DNA from: a virus
Taxonomy: Duplodnaviria > Caudoviricetes
Virus record (IMG/VR): IMGVR_UViG_3300024187_000012
Coordinates: 1 to 44,667 of that record
Strand: one strand, 5' to 3'
Length of the DNA: 44,667 nucleotides
Shown here: in pieces, positions 35,201 to 42,040 of the stretch
Position numbering within the stretch: the first letter of the stretch is position 1
How the letters are laid out: each line of letters opens with the position of its first letter
Translations under genes and position numbers: made by a program
Notes under the pieces: generated by a model
What the model saw: only the letters and a program-made list of their open reading frames with translations
Databases searched by the model: none
What the model was told of the DNA's origin: nothing

Positions 35201-35687
35201 CCGCCGCGTTCTCGTTCACGCTCGTGCCGGTCAGTTGAATGACCGGCTCGACCACGTCACCAACGCTGATGATGAACGTCGCGTTCGCCACCGTCGGCGA
35301 AACGCCCGAGACGCTCACAATCACGGTGTGGCTGGTGGCGGTCTCGTAGTCGAGCAGCGCATTGGTGCGCAGCGACGTACCGGAGATGTTGAACTTGCCG
35401 CCCGCGCTGTCGACCAGCGCAAACACCGGCGAGCCAGTCGTGCCTGGAGACACCGACAGCGTGCCGACCACGGTGTTGACCGCGGCCGTCTCCAGCACTG
35501 ACGCCGCCGACAGCTGGATCGTCGGCCCGAAGCTGACACCAATGACAGCCAAGCCGCTGCCATTGGTGGATTGCGTCACCGGCACGCCGTAGCCGTTGGT
35601 CGAGATGGTACACGGCAGACCGTAGCCGTTGGTCGACACGATGACGGGCAGGCCGCCCGCCGGTACCACCACAACCGACAAGCCCAT
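32211..35687 (-). CDS. Large multidomain surface fibre: STNGYG repeats, two cadherin-like domains, SPRY domain, beta-helix-like region
   Basis: Cadherin motifs (VLET/VNEN...VGTL...LDYET/IDYEV...ISVGDV); SPRY (TWNPSDK...GKYYSE...AIDLD...NFG...PPAGF); KNIVTDYGAVGD pectate-lyase-like start. Confidence 0.8.
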   Translation of the reverse strand: MGLSVVVVPAGGLPVIVSTNGYGLPCTISTNGYGVPVTQSTNGSGLAVIGVSFGPTIQLSAASVLETAAVNTVVGTLSVSPGTTGSPVFALVDSAGGKFNISGTSLRTNALLDYETATSHTVIVSVSGVSPTVANATFIISVGDVVEPVIQLTGTSVNENAAVGVNIGTLSIANSFTGSPVYTLTDSGGGKVAISGALLNVAAGIDYEVTPTFNITVHVTGITPAAADKVFTIVVLDVVESASATWNPSDKGSTVFLSGGNLTVTSATGSFAYDGARATASASTGKYYSEHAIIEDNGFNTFMGVGIVAAGRPFTDGINGGGTGHSIGVTGDGNVFDFAQSPAIAGPFQTFVEGNTVCMAIDLDNRKFWYRTCIGATVGNWNNSGTANPATNVGGVTINAVMNGTTFFPLMQHLVYSVGVQQISTTNFGATSYAYTPPAGFSNWGGGGAVGTTKNIVTDYGAVGDAQWARTTLSITTNVLTSATPIWSSGDVGKTIVVGFAGSHSAEPGGGSVLISTITAFNSSTSVTLANNASWPLSSEPNVIVAWGTNNGKSLADGGVNGPFETFRLAYQGQAVTLTIPAGNYLIASGNFGPLFNGIKNITVNATGATICGGAFALGSFGQSQFYGHSAYTANVSAGATSVTLSTPAYVSRFTIGQYALMTGFGLQYGGYPSNHQRFEYVFITAIDSDTLSPTYGKITFLSPLVNSYFSTWPLYLDETGTTPPPENGQYTSGGPATLYAFDAKFDHTAVLNNLTIAHHPQMGMTGLNLTLNGCTFESIWGPHVTMCKAVTLNTCLGILCTMEVDKLITAFTMNGCDWGGLSFQSASVTAFIADDTDIRYSITGTPYKCTIRNGSTVGTISGIGILTPSATYGYCNELVVTSSQVKNFGAVTTHESGHVIIGGTSSSVGVNTEFTKSGGVITIPLSYKAYGWIEQWPVIGAKMFFYDANVGTIGSFSITNVTYDSTNVYVTTTASGGWPTRSYNPSFGLRLIVHPAPICTFTSVTGCPEVVDLSNAGAAGLPLYSYSKRTYSGLIGASEYWQVYGRVKKIVVIVTTPSAAAASVSIDLQASNILIKMSDFSNTTWHPIIDLNKTGTRTFDATANTYPVSSWSSTAVAAADTLPGQTEALWVPGNYRVVTSGTAAAAVFSVEVITDQG

Positions 35688-35690
35688 GGT

Positions 35691-36230
35691 TCAGGTCCCG
35701 TAGCTGGGGTGGCTCAGGTTCGGCGTTTCGCTGTAGGCCGGCGTAACCACGCCGCGTGTCGTCAAGCGACCGGATGCGGCGTCGACCTTCGACGTCAGCC
35801 CGGAGAACTCTGCCTTGCCGGCGAGCTCGGCAGCGCGTGCCGTGGCAGCACCCGTGTCGATCCGTACCGTGTCCGGCTTGACGACCGGACCCTGCACGGC
35901 ACCGTTCAGCGGATCCGCGAACAGAAAGATGTTTGCGGCCGCAACATCAGGAGCCGGCGCCTGGGCTGGCGTGAGCCCAGTCTGCGTCGGCGGCGTGCCC
36001 TGATAGACCACCGGCACGTTGGTCGGCGGCGTAGGATTGGCGCACGGCACGTTCGTCGCGCGTGACAGCGCGGCGCCAGGAACGGCCTGGGGCTCGATGA
36101 CGAGGTCCCGATCGCTCTTGACCGGATTGCCTTCCTCGTCAGTCCACTCGCCTTCTTCGCCCTCCTCGTAGATCTCATCGTCGTCGTTGGACTTCGTCTT
36201 GGACTTCAATCGCTGCTGCTTCTTGACCAT
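35691..36230 (-). CDS. Putative head decoration protein A (paralog of 36288..36986)
   Basis: AGGAGG RBS at 36230; ANPTPPTNV, YQGTPPT, ADPLNGA, AYSETPNxSHPS. Confidence 0.65.
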   Translation of the reverse strand: MVKKQQRLKSKTKSNDDDEIYEEGEEGEWTDEEGNPVKSDRDLVIEPQAVPGAALSRATNVPCANPTPPTNVPVVYQGTPPTQTGLTPAQAPAPDVAAANIFLFADPLNGAVQGPVVKPDTVRIDTGAATARAAELAGKAEFSGLTSKVDAASGRLTTRGVVTPAYSETPNLSHPSYGT

Positions 36231-36287
36231 ATCGGCCTCCTGGTTAGAGCTTCCTTCGTTTCGATCCACGCCCCACCCCAGAGGCGA

Positions 36288-36986
36288 CTAGAGCTTTCGT
36301 CTGACACTGAAGTTGTCGAGCTTCACGACCTTGGTGGAGCAGAACAGCCCGACAATCTGCGAGGCGGCAGCCGTCGTGATCGTGCCCGTGAACGTCCCGG
36401 GCACGTTGGAACCAGCCACGACGGCCGTCGTCCCGCCAACGCCCACCGTGATGGGCGTGACACCAGCATGCGTGACAACATCGAACGAATAGAGGTAGTC
36501 GCCCGCAGTGATCGTCTGCGCCGCGGTCTGTGTGGCCTGCGCGGCGCCCGTGCCATCGAAGTTGAGCGTGCCGGTGCCGATCGTGGCGCCGCCGGACATT
36601 GTCCAGTTGGAAGACGCCGCAAAGGCCCCGTTCGTTACCAGCTGCGGGCCGCCCAAGTTGGTGCCGCTCGGGTGGCTGGTGTTCGGCGTCTCGCTGTAGG
36701 CAGTGCCCGTGCTGTGTCCCGTCACGCGCCCGGTCGGGGTTGACGTGCTGATCTCGGTGCCTTCCGCCTCCGCCAGGCCGGCGAGCTCCGGCGCGGCCGC
36801 GCCGTTGAGCGGGTCAGCGCAAATCCAGGCATTGAGCGCGTCCGGCGTTGAATTCTGCGTCGTGCCGGCAAGGGATGCCGGGGTCGGTGGCGTACCCTGG
36901 TAGAGCGCCACGACGTTCGTCGGCGGCGACGGGTTGGCCAGCGTCACCGTCATGGCGCGATCAATGTTGGTTGTCGGTGTGGCCAT
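36288..36986 (-). CDS. Putative head decoration protein B with C-terminal carbohydrate-binding-like beta-sandwich
   Basis: Same four motifs as 35691..36230, then QLVTNGAF...W...Y.YSFDV...LDNFSVR. Confidence 0.65.
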   Translation of the reverse strand: MATPTTNIDRAMTVTLANPSPPTNVVALYQGTPPTPASLAGTTQNSTPDALNAWICADPLNGAAAPELAGLAEAEGTEISTSTPTGRVTGHSTGTAYSETPNTSHPSGTNLGGPQLVTNGAFAASSNWTMSGGATIGTGTLNFDGTGAAQATQTAAQTITAGDYLYSFDVVTHAGVTPITVGVGGTTAVVAGSNVPGTFTGTITTAAASQIVGLFCSTKVVKLDNFSVRRKL

Positions 36987-38344
36987 TACTGCGTCTCCCG
37001 GTAGCGCGAGGGATCGACGAGCGATCCTATACCGCCGGCTCCTGCCGTACCAACGATGCCGTATTTCGCCAGGATGTCGAGCTTGCTCGGATCGGTCACG
37101 ACGTAGTTGTAGGTCTGTTGTGGCGCTTCCATCCGATACTCTGGGTTCCGTGTAATGAACGCCCGCGCCTCAGCCTCGCTCGGATATTCACTCGTTCCGC
37201 CTTGAGGATGACGCGCTACCCAATATTTCTGTCCGCGCGATCCCTGGTCGAGATAGCGGATGCCGGGGATGCCCGCCTCGGCCAGCGCCTCCGATGCGGC
37301 CCGCCCGCGCTCGGGGACCGCATACTTGTTCGCCAGTCCAAGCTGCAGATCATTATACGCAGTTGCACCAATCGGGCCGCCGATGCGCGGCGCAAGCTTA
37401 CCACTCGGCAGCGTGTAACCCTCCGGGGTCCAACCGAATTTTGTCGCCAGCACATCTTTCACATGCGGCGACTGCGCGCTCACCGGCTTGTCCCAATCCA
37501 GCATCAGTTCCGGCCGCGCGTTGATGTTCACCTCGTAGGTGCGCGGGCCGACCGGGGCACCGCTAGTCAGCGCATCGAGTCGCTGCTGCAGCGTATCTGC
37601 GTGCTTCTGCCGTATCGCGGTGATCTGGCTCTCGATCGGGTGCGCCCCGCGCGCAAGCACCTCCTTGGTGCGTTCCAGCTCGGCGCGCACTGCATCTGCC
37701 GCCGCATCACGATCGAACCCGTGTTGCTTCAGCCATTCCGCTGAGCGCATTTCCTCTTTCGGCATTCTGCCGAGAAACTGGTTCCAATACTGTCCGCCCT
37801 GTCCGCTCACCGCCGGGTTCTCGGCGGCATAGAACCCCGCGCCATACGAGTTCGCGCCCTCGCCGGTGCGCAGCTTGCTCCAGTCGAACCTGTCGAAGTC
37901 GTGCGGGCTGGAGTGGTAGGCGCGAATGCCGCCTTCCCACGGGCCGCCCAGCTTGCCGCGCAACACACCACCCGAACTACCAACCGTAGCGCCACGCCCG
38001 GCCGCCAGAGGCGCCCCGGTCCCAAGCAGGTTCAATGCGGCCTCAGTGGCACCCCCGACCTGCTGCCGGCGCGCCTGCTCGACCTGCTGCCACGTCGCTG
38101 CCGGATCGCGCTCGACCCGGACGCCTTCGAACATGCGATCGGGGATTTGCAATGCCTCGGAAGCGCCATGCACGAGCGCGCCAATGCCCTTGCCAAGCGC
38201 GCGTTGGTTCTCCGAGGTCGGTTCCGGGGAGGCATATCTTTGCTGCCACATCGCGCGAGCAGCAGCGGTTGGATCGCGCGGCGGCAGCAGGCCCGGCTCG
38301 TTGGCCAGGTCCGCGTATGCCAGCTCGTCGCGCGGATCAGCCAT
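36986..38344 (-). CDS. Probable ADP-ribosyltransferase (polyvalent-protein type) domain protein
   Basis: AYHSSPHDFDRFD...GEGANSYGAGFYAAE...YEVNI...LDWD...AGIPGIRYLD...NYVVTDP. Confidence 0.7.
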   Translation of the reverse strand: MADPRDELAYADLANEPGLLPPRDPTAAARAMWQQRYASPEPTSENQRALGKGIGALVHGASEALQIPDRMFEGVRVERDPAATWQQVEQARRQQVGGATEAALNLLGTGAPLAAGRGATVGSSGGVLRGKLGGPWEGGIRAYHSSPHDFDRFDWSKLRTGEGANSYGAGFYAAENPAVSGQGGQYWNQFLGRMPKEEMRSAEWLKQHGFDRDAAADAVRAELERTKEVLARGAHPIESQITAIRQKHADTLQQRLDALTSGAPVGPRTYEVNINARPELMLDWDKPVSAQSPHVKDVLATKFGWTPEGYTLPSGKLAPRIGGPIGATAYNDLQLGLANKYAVPERGRAASEALAEAGIPGIRYLDQGSRGQKYWVARHPQGGTSEYPSEAEARAFITRNPEYRMEAPQQTYNYVVTDPSKLDILAKYGIVGTAGAGGIGSLVDPSRYRETQ

Positions 38345-39293
38345 AGTCCCACCCCGTCGGGTCGACCAAGGAGCCCATCTCAGCCACCGTTGGACCGCCC
38401 ATCAGGCGATCGTCCGGCGGCAGGCCCGGACCCGTTATCGGGCGCGGTCGGGGCTGCGGAATGCCGCCCGGAAAGCGCGGTGGCTCGGGAGCTCCAGGTG
38501 GCGTTTGCGCGACGGGCTGATGTGAGGTGATATCCACGGCCGCCGGCGGCGGTCCGGCCACCTGGGCAGCCAAGCTATCGCGGCCGCCAAGAAAAGCCGG
38601 GTTAGCGTCAGTTCCCGGCTGCACTGGCGCCTGAGGCTGCGCCGCCGCGGCCTGGCGCTGCTTCATGGCAACGAAAGCCGCGCCCAGATCGCCCAAGCTG
38701 TTCAACCCGCCACGCATGCCGCGCGCATTGCTGCCCCGGCCGGCTGGATCGGCCAGGTAAGCCTGCCGATAATACCGCTGCTCCGGGGTTTCACGTGAAA
38801 CAGCCGGCTGCGCCGACGCGGGAGTGGCTTGACCGTTCGGCGCAGCCGCCGTCTGCGGTGCAGCGTCATCGGCACCGAAGAAGTTGCGCGCGTGCATGGC
38901 CCGCTCCGGACCGCTGTCGTCACCGTAGCGGATCACCGGCTTGAGCGCGGCCGACGCCTCGTCGACCGTGCGTGCGGCCATGAACGGCGCCGCGTTCTTG
39001 CGCTCCGTGGTCGCCATCTCGTGCGCAATGAAGTCAGCCTGCGCGCCAGGATCGGTCCACGGCACGCCCTTGGCGGCGGCAAACTGCTGCAGCTGCTCGA
39101 ACCGTGGCCCGCGCCACTGCATCAACCCGTAGGCGCCCTCGTCCTTGTTGACATTGTTGGAGGCAAGCCCGCTCTCGCGCTGCAGATTGCCCAGAACGGC
39201 GGCGGCCTGCGCGCGCGACATGCCGCTCGCCATCAGCCGCTGCATCAGGAACTTGGGGTCCGCCGCCATCGGCGTGCCGCCGTAGTAGGGCAT
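38337..39293 (-). CDS. Phage tail-lysozyme (Phage_lysozyme2-like) domain protein with disordered C-terminal half
   Basis: AAAVLGNLQRESG...GAYGLMQW.G.R...QADFI..E; AGGAG RBS. Confidence 0.85.
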   Translation of the reverse strand: MPYYGGTPMAADPKFLMQRLMASGMSRAQAAAVLGNLQRESGLASNNVNKDEGAYGLMQWRGPRFEQLQQFAAAKGVPWTDPGAQADFIAHEMATTERKNAAPFMAARTVDEASAALKPVIRYGDDSGPERAMHARNFFGADDAAPQTAAAPNGQATPASAQPAVSRETPEQRYYRQAYLADPAGRGSNARGMRGGLNSLGDLGAAFVAMKQRQAAAAQPQAPVQPGTDANPAFLGGRDSLAAQVAGPPPAAVDITSHQPVAQTPPGAPEPPRFPGGIPQPRPRPITGPGLPPDDRLMGGPTVAEMGSLVDPTGWDYG

Positions 39294-39302
39294 CGCTCGC
39301 TC

Positions 39303-39398
39303 CTATCGGGCACCCATCGGGTTGAACACAAACAGGATCACAGCACACACCACAGCCAGCGCAATCAGCGAGTAGATGATGGTGTGGTCGATCCTCAC
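39303..39398 (-). CDS. 31-aa single-TM peptide, not in the ORF track
   Basis: GTG start; MRIDHTIIYSLIALAVVCAVILFVFNPMGAR fills the gap before the lysozyme gene. Confidence 0.55.
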   Translation of the reverse strand: MRIDHTIIYSLIALAVVCAVILFVFNPMGAR

Positions 39399-39401
39399 GA
39401 C

Positions 39402-39623
39402 TCACCCCACCGACACAAAAGTAATCGGCAGTGCCGTAAGCCGGTCTCGCGCCGGTTCTGGTATCGGATCCATGGTATACAACTCAATCGCCGGGCCAGT
39501 CGGCATGTCGGCAAATATCCTGCCAGCAGCATCGAAGTAAATTCGCACGATGTAGTCCGCGTTGATCAAATCGCCGGCCGCCCCGCGCAGAAACCGCTTC
39601 GCGACAAACGCACCCGTCGTCAT
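39402..39623 (-). CDS. Hypothetical protein (73 aa)
   Basis: ATGA coupling to the portal stop. Confidence 0.55.
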   Translation of the reverse strand: MTTGAFVAKRFLRGAAGDLINADYIVRIYFDAAGRIFADMPTGPAIELYTMDPIPEPARDRLTALPITFVSVG

Positions 39624-42040
39624 GGCGCCCCCCGCGGGTTGACCGGCTGGCGCATCTTCTGGTCGAACTGCTGCGCCTTCATGTTGCGGTTCATCGCGTT
39701 GTCTTGCGCCTTCTGCGCCATCTGCTCGCGCGACATGGCGTTCTTCTCGGCCATGCCCTGGGCCTGGATCCTCTGCTTCTGCGCGTCCATGCCGATCTTC
39801 ATCTGCGCGTTCTGCTGGTCGATCGCACCCTTCTGCTGGTCACGTTGCATCTGCGCGTTGATCTGCAGGATCTTGGCCTGGCGCTCCTTTTCGTTGCCTT
39901 CATACTCCAGCTGCGCGACCTGCTGCTCGTTCTGGATCTTCTGCGTTTCCAACTGACCCTTCATCTGCAGTTCCGCGATCTTGAGCTGGCGCTCCTTGTC
40001 GTTCTCTTGCGTCTGCCACTGCATCTTCTCACGCTCAATCTGCGCCTTGGCGGCGGCGTCCTGCTTCATGCCCTTGGTCTTCGGATCCTCCTGGCCCTGC
40101 CCGCCCTGACCAGCGAGCGTTTCCATCTGCTGCACGGCGTCGTCAATTGCGTTGTCGAGCTCACGCCCGACACGATACGGCGCAACCGAGAACTTCAGCA
40201 GCTTGCCGGCGAACGGCGCCATCGCAGGCTGCGCCGCCACCATGGCGCCAAGCTGCGGTAGGAGCCCGCCAAGCATCTGCATAAACTCGACGCGCCCCTG
40301 CTTTTCCTTCTGCTCATCGAACTGGATCGTGCTGTCCGTCTCAATGTCGAGCACGAAGGCGCGATCGCGATTGCTGCGCAGGAACGCCATAACGTCTTCG
40401 TAGGTCGGCTTTTGCGCGAACGCCTGCAGCTGCTGCTGCGCCTGCTGCAGAGCGGCCTGGATCTCGGCAGTAGGATCACCGCCTCCTGGCGATGGCTGGG
40501 GGGCGGCGCCAGGAGGCGGGCCTCCTTGCGACGGACCCATACCTGGCGGTCCGCCTTGGGGACCTTGCGGCGCCTGCAGCTGCTGCATGCGCATCTGGGC
40601 CTGCTGCGCCTGCTGGGCAAACTGCTGCTGCATCTGCATCAGCTGCATCTGATGCTCGGCCTTGCGCGGAAGCTGCGTCTGGCTCATCGCCATGATGGTC
40701 TGATCGTCGAACTTCTCCGTGATGATCTCGGTCGTGATCTGCACGCACTCCTTGCTCAGGCGCGCCATCTCGGCCTGCTTGTCCTTGATGCGGACCGAGC
40801 CGGACTGCATCTTCAGCTGCTGGGCGCCGAGCGTCTCGTTCGGATCGGTCGCGCCGCGCATGATGTCGGACAAGCCCATCACCTGGTAGATGTCCTCAAT
40901 GATCTGCTTGCGCAGCGTGACCAGCACGTTGATCGTGTTGGCGATCATGTCGATCGGCAGCCAAACAATCACTTCCTTGCTGCCACCGAACGCCGCCCAA
41001 TCGGTGATCGGCACCATCAGACGCGCGTCGGAATTGATCTTGAGCGCGGCCTCGATCGCGTCGGACAAGCTGTTGCCGCCGGCCGGATAAAAGCCCTTCA
41101 CCCGCACCGCATCGGACAACGCATGAATGCGCCCGGTGAGCTGGTTCAGCTCCTCAAGTTGGTCGCGGTAGTAGAGGATGTCCGGCACCGGAACGAGACT
41201 TCCAGGCTGCGTCGTGCCGAATGCAGGTCGCGGACAGGGGAAGTAACCCTGCAGGTCGAGGTGCGGTGGCGCGTCATCGAGCAAAACATCAACGCCTTCC
41301 GTAACCCATACGACCCTGCCGAGCCCACGATGCCAGATCTCCCATACCTTGGCGCGCTCGCGCTCGTCCGCACCGCCAATGTCGCGCGCGTCACGATCGA
41401 TCTTGTATTCGGCATCGTCGTAGGCGTCGGCGGAGAACTTGGAAAAGCGCTTCTTTGCCTCCTCGCGCGTCAAGTAACTCGCCGCCGCGACCCACTGCAC
41501 CTCGTACCAGCAACGCGCCGGGTCGTGCAGGAAGTCGTGACGGTTCTTGTGCTCGATACAAACCTTTTCCGGCTTGCCGTTCTTGGCGCGCTCGTGACGA
41601 ACCCACAGCGCTCCGCGCCCGTGTAACACCAGGTCGTCGCGCACCAACAATAACGCGTCGTTGATGTAGGCGAGGTCAAAGGCAACCGTGGCGCAACGCT
41701 CGGCAATCTCACTCGCGGTTTGGTAGATCGGTCTCCTGTCCTTGAACTTCGGCACTACTACAGGTACTGGCGGGCGCGCGTAAACGCTCGGGCCCAACAC
41801 TTGCAGGTTGGACCAGAACATCTGAAACTCTTTTTGTCTGGTCTCGGAAGCAAGCCGGTCCAGGCTGGCGTATTGCTTGTCGATGTTGTCGCAACGATTT
41901 TGCCAAGTCTCGAAAACGTTCTCGGCCTCGGTCAACATATCAAACCAAACCTGCGCGTTCTTCGGCTCGGTGAAGACATTGACTTCATCGTTTCCGAGCG
42001 GATTGGGATTGGCAACCTTGGCAGGCGGTATAACGGCCAT
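39620..42040 (-). CDS. Portal protein with long C-terminal coiled-coil barrel
   Basis: 806 aa; FWSN.QVL.P..YAR.P, FLHDPAR.W.EV.W, FPCPRP, IYQ..GLSDIMRG, ET.GAQ..K, IETDST; Gln-rich tail. Confidence 0.9.
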   Translation of the reverse strand: MAVIPPAKVANPNPLGNDEVNVFTEPKNAQVWFDMLTEAENVFETWQNRCDNIDKQYASLDRLASETRQKEFQMFWSNLQVLGPSVYARPPVPVVVPKFKDRRPIYQTASEIAERCATVAFDLAYINDALLLVRDDLVLHGRGALWVRHERAKNGKPEKVCIEHKNRHDFLHDPARCWYEVQWVAAASYLTREEAKKRFSKFSADAYDDAEYKIDRDARDIGGADERERAKVWEIWHRGLGRVVWVTEGVDVLLDDAPPHLDLQGYFPCPRPAFGTTQPGSLVPVPDILYYRDQLEELNQLTGRIHALSDAVRVKGFYPAGGNSLSDAIEAALKINSDARLMVPITDWAAFGGSKEVIVWLPIDMIANTINVLVTLRKQIIEDIYQVMGLSDIMRGATDPNETLGAQQLKMQSGSVRIKDKQAEMARLSKECVQITTEIITEKFDDQTIMAMSQTQLPRKAEHQMQLMQMQQQFAQQAQQAQMRMQQLQAPQGPQGGPPGMGPSQGGPPPGAAPQPSPGGGDPTAEIQAALQQAQQQLQAFAQKPTYEDVMAFLRSNRDRAFVLDIETDSTIQFDEQKEKQGRVEFMQMLGGLLPQLGAMVAAQPAMAPFAGKLLKFSVAPYRVGRELDNAIDDAVQQMETLAGQGGQGQEDPKTKGMKQDAAAKAQIEREKMQWQTQENDKERQLKIAELQMKGQLETQKIQNEQQVAQLEYEGNEKERQAKILQINAQMQRDQQKGAIDQQNAQMKIGMDAQKQRIQAQGMAEKNAMSREQMAQKAQDNAMNRNMKAQQFDQKMRQPVNPRGAP

